From a virus (Duplodnaviria > Caudoviricetes): 64,000 nt of DNA. The position numbers and the translations under genes were made by a program. The DNA lies in IMG/VR virus record IMGVR_UViG_3300037308_000440, positions 22,415-86,414 of that record; one strand, given 5' to 3'. The notes under the pieces are model-generated. The model saw only the letters and a program-made list of their open reading frames with translations. It made no database searches and was not told the DNA's origin. Shown piece by piece: positions 8,133 through 16,660 of this stretch; within the stretch, counting starts at the first letter, position 1, and every line of letters starts with the position of its first letter.

Positions 8133-8460
8133 TTTTCTTTTGAAATCCTTCTTGTATCATTACTTGAGAAAAATCTCTTCCGTCCGGCATAGTTATTTTA
8201 GATGAATATCTATTATAAGCACTTGGGTCTTTATAAGTTACAATAACTACATTTTTATCATTTAATAACTCAATAGCTCTGTTTTTAGCCGCCACAGCAT
8301 GAAGAGCTTCGCCTTCTGAATTTGGCTTAAATATCTCAGGAGTATCTATATTCATCGCCCTCAAACGAATTCTAATCGTCATATTGAAGCCCAAATCAAC
8401 AAGGGCATCCATAGTATCACCATCAATTACTTTTACAATTTTTGCGTTATAAGTGTACAT
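8122..8460 (-). CDS. thermonuclease (SNase) family
   Basis: KVIDGDT..IRLRAMNIDTPE..YNRY. Confidence 0.88.
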   Translation of the reverse strand: MYTYNAKIVKVIDGDTMDALVDLGFNMTIRIRLRAMNIDTPEIFKPNSEGEALHAVAAKNRAIELLNDKNVVIVTYKDPSAYNRYSSKITMPDGRDFSQVMIQEGFQKKNEY

Positions 8461-8659
8461 GACTCTCCTTTAAATACTTTTGGCAATTCTTACATTGACA
8501 AGGATGATCAATTTGCCAAGTATCTGTACCACAAGGATTTCCTGTTATTTTACACCTTGAATAGTCTGGAATGGGTGGATTGCATACTTCACACCCTCCA
8601 AGTGGCCTGCAATCTGAAATCTCATTACCACAAAACGGGCATTGACTTGGCATTACCAT
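8447..8659 (-). CDS. Cys-rich hypothetical protein
   Basis: CPFC, CEVC, CQCKNC. Confidence 0.65.
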   Translation of the reverse strand: MVMPSQCPFCGNEISDCRPLGGCEVCNPPIPDYSRCKITGNPCGTDTWQIDHPCQCKNCQKYLKESHVHL

Positions 8660-8940
8660 TTCTTTTGTTCCTTCCTTCTTTTTATTTCAGCAGACATTGA
8701 TTGTCTAATAGCTGAAATACACGGATGTTTTATTAATCCAGTTCTAAATCCTGTTCCCGTTAAATAATTCATAACAACGCGAATCTTATCATTATCCGTT
8801 GTTGAAACTGAACCTAAATAACTTCTTAATTGACCACAGCACCATTCAGGTCTTTGTTTCCATTGACCTAAAAGACTTTTTCTAACTGCTTGCCATGAGT
8901 CACTTCTAACTAATTTATTTTTTGGATTTGCATCTGACAT
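8653..8940 (-). CDS. hypothetical protein
   Basis: 95-aa ORF in coupled operon. Confidence 0.7.
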   Translation of the reverse strand: MSDANPKNKLVRSDSWQAVRKSLLGQWKQRPEWCCGQLRSYLGSVSTTDNDKIRVVMNYLTGTGFRTGLIKHPCISAIRQSMSAEIKRRKEQKKW

Positions 8941-8943
8941 ATT

Positions 8944-9162
8944 TTACCTCAAATTTCCTCTTGGTATTACTACCTTCACATTATCAATAATAACAAGAAC
9001 ATTTTTTGGCCCTTTTCCCTTTGCAACAAAATAAACAAAAGCTCTTTTTCCATGATATTGCATTTCATTCTGAACTGATTTTCTATAATGAACTATAGCA
9101 ATATCACCAAGCTTTAAATATCTATTTGAGAAAGTCAACTCTTGAGAACCACCCTCTCGCAA
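8944..9162 (-). CDS. hypothetical protein (SH3/KOW-like beta pattern)
   Basis: LKLGDIAIV..KNVLVIIDNVKVVIP. Confidence 0.55.
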   Translation of the reverse strand: MREGGSQELTFSNRYLKLGDIAIVHYRKSVQNEMQYHGKRAFVYFVAKGKGPKNVLVIIDNVKVVIPRGNLR

Positions 9163-9700
9163 ATTTTTCTTGGTTAGGAGATTTAGTCATATATTCAAGA
9201 TAATGATTTGCTTGTAAAATATTCAAAATTTTATAAAGAACTTTTTCATCCCCCATATTCATAATAATATCCAAAGCTCCTAAAGTCAATTTTCCAATCT
9301 TTCCATCATCAACTAGATCATCATATAATATAGAATTTTTATTCAAATAATTTAAGGCTCGTTGAAGGAACTTTGCAGCTCTAGTTACACCCATATTAAC
9401 ACCAGTATCAAACATTTCATTAGCAATATTTTGACTAACAAAATTATCTAAAAGATTTACATCCCAAAAATTAACTTTATAGAAATTTTTAACTGAATCT
9501 TGAAGTTCAGCATTATTTTTTAAATCTTCTTCAAAAGTATCGCTACCTTTTGATGCATCAATTATAGACCATCCAGACCAGTTTGGGTGATAATTCCTAG
9601 CTACTCCTTTGTACGTTTCTCCACCAACATCATCTGGGTCATTTGCATAACCACCTTCATGCCCCATTGTTTTCTGGTATGCTTGGTAAAAGTCCGCCAT
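9122..9700 (-). CDS. GH108 endolysin with peptidoglycan-binding domain
   Basis: HEGGYANDPDDVGGETYKGV catalytic motif; MFDTGVNMG..LQRALN..DGKIG..KFARGW. Confidence 0.93.
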   Translation of the reverse strand: MADFYQAYQKTMGHEGGYANDPDDVGGETYKGVARNYHPNWSGWSIIDASKGSDTFEEDLKNNAELQDSVKNFYKVNFWDVNLLDNFVSQNIANEMFDTGVNMGVTRAAKFLQRALNYLNKNSILYDDLVDDGKIGKLTLGALDIIMNMGDEKVLYKILNILQANHYLEYMTKSPNQEKFARGWFSRVDFLK

Positions 9701-9899
9701 TTTCTTCTTCCTCCTCTGTACTACCGGCCGCCTCATATTTTCTAAGAGCATTAGCTCTAACTAAATTATTTAATACTTCACCAAAAGGTTTTCCAATCAT
9801 CCATTTATATAATGGACAAGTTTTATAAACTTTATCATCTCTTATTATAACACCACCACACCCATATTTAGTGTCCAAGAAATACAATTGATCAGACAT
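9657..9899 (-). CDS. hypothetical protein
   Basis: YGCGGVII..CPLYKWMIGK. Confidence 0.65.
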   Translation of the reverse strand: MSDQLYFLDTKYGCGGVIIRDDKVYKTCPLYKWMIGKPFGEVLNNLVRANALRKYEAAGSTEEEEENGGLLPSIPENNGA

Positions 9900-10299
9900 C
9901 TACCCAACGCTTCCTTTCAAAATCCCAGTAGCATCTAAAAGAATCACTATCTGAATGAGTAGTAGATGCTTCTATAAAATCACAACTATCTCCAACACTA
10001 CAGAATCTATGTCTCATACCTGGTTTAACTCTAAAAGAATCTCCTTCTAATAAAGAGAATCTTCTAATTATTCCATCAATTTCCATTTCAACTCTTAATT
10101 CACCCGAGACAATATAAAATGTTTCGTCTTTAGTTTTATGATAATGAAACTTTCCTTCCGAAGACCATTTTCCATCTTCACAATGTAAAAGTTTCATACA
10201 ATATTTTTCATTATTTTCTAACCATTGTTCAAATCCCCAAGTTTTCATATAAATATTTGGGTGAGGATTTGTCTGTTTCACATCACTTGAATCTATCAT
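9892..10299 (-). CDS. cupin (sugar isomerase/epimerase-like)
   Basis: KTWGFEQW..FHYHKTKDETFYIVSG..PGMRHRF..EASTTH. Confidence 0.88.
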   Translation of the reverse strand: MIDSSDVKQTNPHPNIYMKTWGFEQWLENNEKYCMKLLHCEDGKWSSEGKFHYHKTKDETFYIVSGELRVEMEIDGIIRRFSLLEGDSFRVKPGMRHRFCSVGDSCDFIEASTTHSDSDSFRCYWDFERKRWVDV

Positions 10300-10643
10300 G
10301 GGTATACCTCATTCTTTCTATCGTATAATTTTCTTATTTCAAAAAGTTGTTGTTTAATAAAATCATCAGGGTGTATAGACAAGTCATCAATATATACGTC
10401 GCCACCAGGTTTAGAATGAAGTTCATGATAAGGAACTCCCCAATCATTCAATTGCTTAATAGTAAAATCTCTTCTATCAGTTTTTGAATACATTCCTCTA
10501 GCCGTATAAATAATAATTTTATTTCCTTCCTCTACTAAATGCCTAATAATATCAACCATCATTTTATATGGTTTTGCTAAATGATAATCCCCATCAGTTG
10601 TCTTTGTACAAATTGTTCCATCTAAATCAAAAACATAAACCAT
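10296..10643 (-). CDS. HAD-superfamily phosphatase (capsule/heptose-pathway type)
   Basis: VFDLDGTIC, YTARG, KPGGDVYIDD. Confidence 0.88.
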   Translation of the reverse strand: MVYVFDLDGTICTKTTDGDYHLAKPYKMMVDIIRHLVEEGNKIIIYTARGMYSKTDRRDFTIKQLNDWGVPYHELHSKPGGDVYIDDLSIHPDDFIKQQLFEIRKLYDRKNEVYP

Positions 10644-10645
10644 TC

Positions 10646-10840
10646 TTATTTCCTTTCATAACTAGGTGATGTATATTCAAACACTTTCTGCTTATATTCT
10701 GGATGTTCGTCATGGTTACAACCTTGTTTAACACACCAGTCAGTTAATTTATTATTCAATTTCATTAAACCACAACGAAAACATACTGGTTTGTAAAATC
10801 TATTCTTTGGGTTCTCGAATTTGTGAGGTTCGAATTTCAT
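10646..10840 (-). CDS. small Cys/His hypothetical protein
   Basis: CFRCG..CNHDEHP. Confidence 0.6.
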   Translation of the reverse strand: MKFEPHKFENPKNRFYKPVCFRCGLMKLNNKLTDWCVKQGCNHDEHPEYKQKVFEYTSPSYERK

Positions 10841-11015
10841 TTATAGTATCACCATTATCATCAAGACGTTCAAAAGATTCTAAATCCCCACCATATCTAA
10901 AGTAATCATGACCGCCATCAACAAATATTGCACCACATTTACATGAAACAAAATCGTGTCTAAATTTTGATTCTATAATATCATTACACTTTTTACATCT
11001 AGCTCTATTTTTCAT
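10800..11015 (-). CDS. small zinc-binding phage protein
   Basis: RCKKCNDIIESKFRHDFVSCKCGAIFVDGG, widespread phage motif. Confidence 0.8.
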   Translation of the reverse strand: MKNRARCKKCNDIIESKFRHDFVSCKCGAIFVDGGHDYFRYGGDLESFERLDDNGDTINEIRTSQIREPKE

Positions 11016-11016
11016 T

Positions 11017-11130
11017 TTATCCTTTCAAAATCTTTTTGATGAATCCTATTACACTTTCCAAAATAAGAATAAGAGCAAATAATGGTAAAATTAAAATCAA
11101 AACAGATAATAAACTATCTACTATTCCCAT
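11017..11130 (-). CDS. 37-aa membrane peptide (not in track)
   Basis: MGIVDSLLSVLILILPLFALILILESVIGFIKKILKG fills the intergenic gap. Confidence 0.5.
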   Translation of the reverse strand: MGIVDSLLSVLILILPLFALILILESVIGFIKKILKG

Positions 11131-11682
11131 TTAAATATGTGGTAAAGTATTGATAATTGCAAACAATTCTTGCTTGCATGATGCATGAACCATAAAGTCC
11201 CCATAAAGACTTGAAATAAAACATTTATCAACATACCAAAGAATAGCAACTCCTTCTACACAACCTTTCTTAACTTGATCATAATGTTTCTTAATTTCAT
11301 CACTCATAAATCCACAATAGTTTCTTGCACTTTGAATCTTTCCGTCAACGAAACCATTTTTAACAGCTTCTTCATGAATCTTATAAACCACTTGATCTAG
11401 ATCATTTAAATTTGCATCACAGATCAATGAAATAAAAAGAGGCCACCCTTCCATTTGATATTTTCTAACAATCAAAGGACTCCAATTTTTATCAAGCAAT
11501 CTTGTTGCTGTTGTGCTATCATCTCTAGTCATTCCATCATTCGCTTCATTGCCCATGTTTACACTTTCGTTCATTTCTGCTTCTCCTATGATTTTTCTAC
11601 TCATTTCATTGACTCCTCTAAACGATTCCCATTTTGGCGGATATATTGGTGAATGAATACAAACACTACTTTTGTTTGCCAT
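11131..11682 (-). CDS. hypothetical protein
   Basis: 183-aa ORF. Confidence 0.7.
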   Translation of the reverse strand: MANKSSVCIHSPIYPPKWESFRGVNEMSRKIIGEAEMNESVNMGNEANDGMTRDDSTTATRLLDKNWSPLIVRKYQMEGWPLFISLICDANLNDLDQVVYKIHEEAVKNGFVDGKIQSARNYCGFMSDEIKKHYDQVKKGCVEGVAILWYVDKCFISSLYGDFMVHASCKQELFAIINTLPHI

Positions 11683-11860
11683 AAAATTTTTTCATTTCCT
11701 GCAAAAACATTTCAACATCTCTTTCCTTATCTTTATTTATATAGAATTTTGTTCTATTTTCATCAAGTTTAATCCAAATTGCATCAGGGAATCTGCCCAT
11801 AATATTTTGTTCTTCAAGATAACTTTCTGCCATAATTTCAATAACTTGTTTAACTTTCAT
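11666..11860 (-). CDS. hypothetical protein
   Basis: GGAGG RBS before ATG at 11860. Confidence 0.6.
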   Translation of the reverse strand: MKVKQVIEIMAESYLEEQNIMGRFPDAIWIKLDENRTKFYINKDKERDVEMFLQEMKKFYGKQK

Positions 11861-12509
11861 TAGAACCTCCCATTTGTAGCCATGTTTCCAAATACATCTT
11901 ATGAGACATTTGATAATAATGCCCATATTTTGCTACTCTAGTTCTTGGTCTATACATATCCAAAAAGTCAACTACATCAGCTTTAAATTCTGTTTGATGA
12001 CTTTCAGCTAATGCTTTAATAAACACTTCAGGATGTATAACTGCTGAACCCATACATACATAATGAAATGGTCTCCTAAAACGAGATACTAATTCTTTAT
12101 AACCAAAATATGAACATGTAGCTAAATCTCTCCAATTATGTTGATCGCCAAACATTTGCCAAAAATCACAAGCAAGACCAGTAAATAATAAAACACTAAT
12201 TCCTTTATTCTCACATAATCTAGTTATTGATCCTTCCGGAGCTGGATATTTAATTAACCATTCTAACACCATTCTACTTGCTGGCGCATTACATTGATAA
12301 CTTTCCAATAAATCATCTAATGGATATGAAGTTCTCCCTCCACAATCATCCATTGTTAATTGAAAATCATGAAAGATAGACCCACCATTATGAATCAACA
12401 TTTCAACTTTATTTTGTTCTATAACTTTTCGTAATTCTTCTCTTGCAGTTTTTATTACTGCTCCACCAATTGCAAGAATTCTTTTATCGAACTGGTAGGT
12501 GGTCTTCAT
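11850..12509 (-). CDS. deoxyhypusine-synthase-like fold protein (GSU2086-like)
   Basis: GGAVIK..HNGGSIFHDFQ..MGSAVIHPEVFIKALA motifs. Confidence 0.7.
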   Translation of the reverse strand: MKTTYQFDKRILAIGGAVIKTAREELRKVIEQNKVEMLIHNGGSIFHDFQLTMDDCGGRTSYPLDDLLESYQCNAPASRMVLEWLIKYPAPEGSITRLCENKGISVLLFTGLACDFWQMFGDQHNWRDLATCSYFGYKELVSRFRRPFHYVCMGSAVIHPEVFIKALAESHQTEFKADVVDFLDMYRPRTRVAKYGHYYQMSHKMYLETWLQMGGSNES

Positions 12510-12984
12510 TATATAGTTTCTTTCTTATTTCTTTTATTGAATTTAGATCTTCGCTATTAACTAAATCCATAGAATGTGGTTGTCTATCATCATCACCAAG
12601 TCCTTTAACTTGATAACAGAATAATGCAATAGCATTCCATGCTGCATGTGCTAAATGATGCAACCCACTTTCAGGATCATATTTTTCTCCACGCATCCAT
12701 TTAAATATATGTCTCAACATTGGCCCAATAACTTTTCTCCACTGCATCCCTTTCCACCAATTATCTGGATCATATTTATGACATCCATAAGTATAAACTA
12801 ATACAATCTCATGTAATGCATAGGGAGGAATTAAATCATATCTTGGTTTGCCACTATCAAATCTAGCAGCTACTGCTTTACCAAGTTGTGATTCCTGTTC
12901 TTTATTTCTAGTAAAAATATTTACAGGAATAGGATCTGGTTGAGAAAGATCTATTAAATCTTCATCTTTTTCAAAGTTTGCCAT
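12484..12984 (-). CDS. dATP/dGTP diphosphohydrolase (DUF5664)
   Basis: RFDSGKPRYDLIP..YGCHKYDPDNWWKG..RH..DPESGLHHLAHAAWN. Confidence 0.9.
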   Translation of the reverse strand: MANFEKDEDLIDLSQPDPIPVNIFTRNKEQESQLGKAVAARFDSGKPRYDLIPPYALHEIVLVYTYGCHKYDPDNWWKGMQWRKVIGPMLRHIFKWMRGEKYDPESGLHHLAHAAWNAIALFCYQVKGLGDDDRQPHSMDLVNSEDLNSIKEIRKKLYNEDHLPVR

Positions 12985-12997
12985 TATTGTTTCCTTT

Positions 12998-13591
12998 CTA
13001 TAGTTCTATTCCACAATATTCACAAACACCAACTTGGTCTTTGTGATCGCACAAATGAGAATATATTCTAAATTTCAAATCACTATTTTGTAACAGATAT
13101 CTGCCAGATACATCATAAAATTTGAATTCTGTAATAACAATTTCTTTAATACCTGCATTAATAATCTCAACCAAACAAGGAGTGCATGGAACACCACAAT
13201 CCATATAAAGAATACATCTTTTTGTTTTAATACCCATTCTAGCTGCATTAATCAATGCATTTCTTTCAGCATGACCTGCAACACACCATTGAAGTCCTTG
13301 TCCTGATTTATAACCCATAACATATCTAGGACATCTTTTTTGATTATTTTTATCATCTGGATTAATATGTTTCGATTCCAAATAAGCTCTCATTTCTGGA
13401 TCAATAACATATCTTTCTCCACAATGAGGAACTCCTCTAGGAGGGCCATTATATCCTTCACAAATAATTGTCTTATCTTTAACTAATAAACAACCAATTT
13501 GTCTTGATAAGCAACTACTGTTCTTACCAACAGCAGAAGCAATATTAAAAAAATATTTATCCCATTTCAATAAAGATTCATTTTTATTCAT
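12998..13591 (-). CDS. dCMP deaminase (ComEB-like)
   Basis: SCLSRQIG..GYNG..HAERNA..PCTPC. Confidence 0.92.
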   Translation of the reverse strand: MNKNESLLKWDKYFFNIASAVGKNSSCLSRQIGCLLVKDKTIICEGYNGPPRGVPHCGERYVIDPEMRAYLESKHINPDDKNNQKRCPRYVMGYKSGQGLQWCVAGHAERNALINAARMGIKTKRCILYMDCGVPCTPCLVEIINAGIKEIVITEFKFYDVSGRYLLQNSDLKFRIYSHLCDHKDQVGVCEYCGIEL

Positions 13592-13929
13592 CTGTTATCA
13601 CCACTCCCATGTATTTTTCCTTCTTTAAGACGCTTCAAAAGTTTTTGAAGATTGCCGATAGCCACATCATTAAGGTTAATATCAAAAAAGCTAGCATATC
13701 TAGTAAGATACCAAAGAACGTCCCCGAGCTCTTTTGTAATTTCTGTTTTGAAAACTTCGTCGGGAACTCCTTCATGATCTCTAAATAATTTTTTAGTCTT
13801 CTCAAATACTTCACCCATCTCTCCAACTAAACCATACATATAATAATTGATGGGATGTCCAAGCAATCGTTGAGCATCCCCTGATCTATCTGTTACTGCA
13901 ATTTTTTTCTGATATTCATTAAATGTCAT
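13588..13929 (-). CDS. MazG-like nucleotide pyrophosphohydrolase
   Basis: GLVGEMGEVFEK..ELGDVLWY..NLQKL..R. Confidence 0.9.
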   Translation of the reverse strand: MTFNEYQKKIAVTDRSGDAQRLLGHPINYYMYGLVGEMGEVFEKTKKLFRDHEGVPDEVFKTEITKELGDVLWYLTRYASFFDINLNDVAIGNLQKLLKRLKEGKIHGSGDNR

Positions 13930-14534
13930 AAAGAACCATAACCACTGAAAATTTCGTCAATTTCAACTTCAGCTTGTTTTAATAAAGTCATAATATTTTC
14001 TTTTGATAAACCACATAGAGGAGCTTCTAATTTAATTGGTTTTGGTCCATTAATTTGTAATACCTTATTAACACGACCAAACCATTCTTGTTTACAATCT
14101 GGAAATTCATTTAAGTAATCTGACCAGTCTGCTCCATGCCAAATAGTATCAATATCTAGATCTTCAGCAATAGAAGCTGCAATTGAAATAAACATTAGAT
14201 TTCTAGAAGGAACATGCATTGTATGTACGCCTTCAAATCTTCCCTTGGCCCCGCTGCCGGTTAACCCACTAGTAATTCCCAAATTGTGCAACATTACAAT
14301 ACGATAAGGAAGGCATTGTTTCTTTATATATCTTTGTGCATACTCTAATTCTTCTCTATGTAACTGTTGATAATCAATTAAAACAAATAAGGGGGTTTTT
14401 CCCATATCTCGTGCCAATAGATGCAATAGAACACTATCAGCACCACCACTAAATAAAATAACTAAATCTGGTTTTACACTAGTCACTTCTTCATCACAAC
14501 TACACTCTACACCACATTCACCACAAGGACTCAT
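13926..14534 (-). CDS. queC: QueC-like 7-cyano-7-deazaguanine synthase, atypical Zn site
   Basis: SGGADS PP-loop, DYQQLH.EE, VPSRNLMF, FPDC, APL..LSK; lacks C-terminal Cys cluster but has N-terminal PCGECGVECSC. Confidence 0.8.
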   Translation of the reverse strand: MSPCGECGVECSCDEEVTSVKPDLVILFSGGADSVLLHLLARDMGKTPLFVLIDYQQLHREELEYAQRYIKKQCLPYRIVMLHNLGITSGLTGSGAKGRFEGVHTMHVPSRNLMFISIAASIAEDLDIDTIWHGADWSDYLNEFPDCKQEWFGRVNKVLQINGPKPIKLEAPLCGLSKENIMTLLKQAEVEIDEIFSGYGSL

Positions 14535-14555
14535 TCTAAAAGTCTCCTTTCAAAT

Positions 14556-14572
14556 TTATATTTTGTTCCAAA
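14556..14572 (-). promoter_or_regulatory. phage motif A
   Basis: TTTGGAACAAAATATAA upstream of AAAGGAGA RBS of queC operon. Confidence 0.55.
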
Positions 14573-14607
14573 TTTCAAGGTTAAAATCTCATTTTTAAAA
14601 TCATAGA

Positions 14608-14633
14608 TTCTATATATATTAATATCTGATAGA
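14608..14633 (+). promoter_or_regulatory. 26-bp motif B, putative early promoter/operator
   Basis: TTCTATATATATTAATATCTGATAGA, identical at 40436-40461. Confidence 0.6.
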
Positions 14634-14673
14634 TGATAATTCGTGCTAATTTACTTACATATAAGGAGGATGC

Positions 14674-14973
14674 ATGCCCAAGCAGGCGAAGCGGCCTACC
14701 CGCCGCGAGAAGATCGAGAAAACTAAAGAAAATGTAGTTCAACTCAAACCGGTCGAACAGACCAAGCAGGAGGAAGTTCAAATGCCCGAAGTTAAAGAGA
14801 ACACCGAAGCCCAGAAGACGGAGCCCGAGTCCAATCCCGGTTTCTTCAGCCGCCACAAATGGTTGGTGACAGGAACGGTGGCAACCCTCGCCATCATCGG
14901 CGGCATCGCATACGCCCTTCTGAGCGGCGACAGCGAATCCAGCGACAGCACCACCTCCGGCGACCAGGTGTAA
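14674..14973 (+). CDS. GC-rich small protein with C-terminal TM helix
   Basis: AAGGAGG RBS; charged N-terminus, WLVTGTVATLAIIGGIAYALL. Confidence 0.8.
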   Translation: MPKQAKRPTRREKIEKTKENVVQLKPVEQTKQEEVQMPEVKENTEAQKTEPESNPGFFSRHKWLVTGTVATLAIIGGIAYALLSGDSESSDSTTSGDQV

Positions 14974-14993
14974 CATCCCTCAATCACGAGGGG

Positions 14994-15026
14994 AAAATGG
15001 GAAGGTTTCAATCTTCCCATTTTTTT
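14994..15026 (+). terminator. Rho-independent terminator
   Basis: AAAATGGGAAG/CTTCCCATTTT stem plus T-run. Confidence 0.85.
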
Positions 15027-15042
15027 AGAAAGGTAAAACAAA

Positions 15043-15579
15043 ATGGGAATCGGTAAGGAATTTTGGAGCGAAAGTAATTCTAGAATACAAGAAAATAAAT
15101 TAGAATTTATTGCTGAAAATTATGGGACTCTTATTAAAACATTCAGAGCTATCAAAAGACAAAATGAAGAAACTTATAATAAAAAAATAGATGCCCACAA
15201 TGAAATAATAAAATTAAGAGACGAACTTGATCAAATCCATCAAAAGAAGAAAAGATCAACAAAAAATGAAATATTACAGATTGAATCACGAATAGAAGAA
15301 TTAGAAAAAATAAGAGAGGAAGATGATATAGTTTTATTAGATGGAAGACCTCTCAGATATAATGAAGTTGTAGCATTGATTAACAACAATAGATATCTAC
15401 TATCAATTATTAATGAAGTTGATTTGAAAGTAAGATCTCCTCTAGGTAATATAGTCGAAACAGGTTTAGGTTTTATCTTTAAACCAATTTCAAAAATTGC
15501 AGGATGGATTGGTTTAGAGAGCATAAAAGAGATTGCTAATGAATTACCAAAAGATATTGGTAACTTCATTAAAGAATAG
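15043..15579 (+). CDS. hypothetical coiled-coil protein
   Basis: 178-aa ORF. Confidence 0.75.
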   Translation: MGIGKEFWSESNSRIQENKLEFIAENYGTLIKTFRAIKRQNEETYNKKIDAHNEIIKLRDELDQIHQKKKRSTKNEILQIESRIEELEKIREEDDIVLLDGRPLRYNEVVALINNNRYLLSIINEVDLKVRSPLGNIVETGLGFIFKPISKIAGWIGLESIKEIANELPKDIGNFIKE

Positions 15580-15583
15580 TATT

Positions 15584-15624
15584 AAAAAATAGGGAGCCTT
15601 CTTATCGGGCCACCCCTATTTTTT
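15584..15624. terminator. bidirectional terminator
   Basis: AAAAAATAGGG..CCCTATTTTTT between convergent genes. Confidence 0.75.
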
Positions 15625-16660
15625 CCCATAATTCAATATTTTTTTTACAAGTATTTTCAAATGAAAGTTCATTTTGAATTGCAACTTCAACTTCCTTTTT
15701 TAAAGTATCATAATTAAATAATGCAAGTTTTATTTTTTCTTCTATATTTTTTTGGTTAACTTCTACAACTCCTTTTTGTTTATAATATTTCAATAATCTT
15801 GTTTCTTCATTGATAATCAAAGGAGTTCCACTCATTAATATTTCAGTTGATACTCTTGGGCATCCATCTTGTAAATTACTTAAATTCAAACCGAATTTAC
15901 TTCTATTTAAAAACATATTTAGTTCTGTTCTAGTTACTTTTCCAGTAAAGTGAATATTTTTAATTTTCTTTACTTCACACATTTTTTTGGCAACATCTTC
16001 TCTATTACCACAATGAACTATTTTCAAATCTCTCAATCCTACACTATCAGCTATAGTATTTAAGAATAATTCTTGCCCTTTATATCTGATTTGTTCAAAG
16101 TTGCAAGGCCAACATATATCCCATTCTTTATAGAACATTTCATTATTTATTTGATGAAAAATAGAAGGAGATGCAGTCTTATAAAATGGAATATTATTAT
16201 ATTTACTAATTGGAAGAAAATCTCTTTCATCTTCCATTAAATAATAATCGTACACCCCTCCCCATTGACTAGTAATTCTTCTACCTGCTCCTAAATATAA
16301 TTTTAATCCAAAATAACCAGGACGTTCTCTTGTAACATTATCATATTCTTTAAAACCGCCTCTAAAAAATGAAATATCTGGAGATTCATAATCAATACAC
16401 TGAATAAAATTCGTTACCCATCTTTGAATATATTTCTTTCCATTAACATCAAAAACAATGTCATTTAATGGGATTGAAGATAGTCTCCAAATTGTTACTT
16501 CATTAAAATAGTCATTTTCTAATAACCACAAAGGAAGTAACATATAAAAATCATGACACCCCTCTTTAAAATTCTTTAAATCATGATAGAATGGATCATG
16601 ATAATATTCTAAAGTTTTTAAGTTTGATCTAAAGAGCCAAAATCTTCGCATATCATTCAA
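15602..16660 (-). CDS. GT-B glycosyltransferase (GT4-like)
   Basis: IHFTGKVTRTELNMFLNRSKFGLNLS..DGCPRVSTEILMSGTPLI. Confidence 0.8.
   Translation of the reverse strand: MNDMRRFWLFRSNLKTLEYYHDPFYHDLKNFKEGCHDFYMLLPLWLLENDYFNEVTIWRLSSIPLNDIVFDVNGKKYIQRWVTNFIQCIDYESPDISFFRGGFKEYDNVTRERPGYFGLKLYLGAGRRITSQWGGVYDYYLMEDERDFLPISKYNNIPFYKTASPSIFHQINNEMFYKEWDICWPCNFEQIRYKGQELFLNTIADSVGLRDLKIVHCGNREDVAKKMCEVKKIKNIHFTGKVTRTELNMFLNRSKFGLNLSNLQDGCPRVSTEILMSGTPLIINEETRLLKYYKQKGVVEVNQKNIEEKIKLALFNYDTLKKEVEVAIQNELSFENTCKKNIELWEKIGVAR

Noticed and set aside
12484-13929. 2-aminoadenine (Z) genome inferred from DUF5664 + MazG
   Set aside because: No PurZ in the window and QueC/Qng1 point to deazaguanine; not excluded genome-wide
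14581-15056. Alternative ORFs 14581..14976(-), 14778..15041(-), 14859..15056(+)
   Set aside because: Shadows of the GC-rich gene 14674..14973, which has the RBS, upstream motif and terminator
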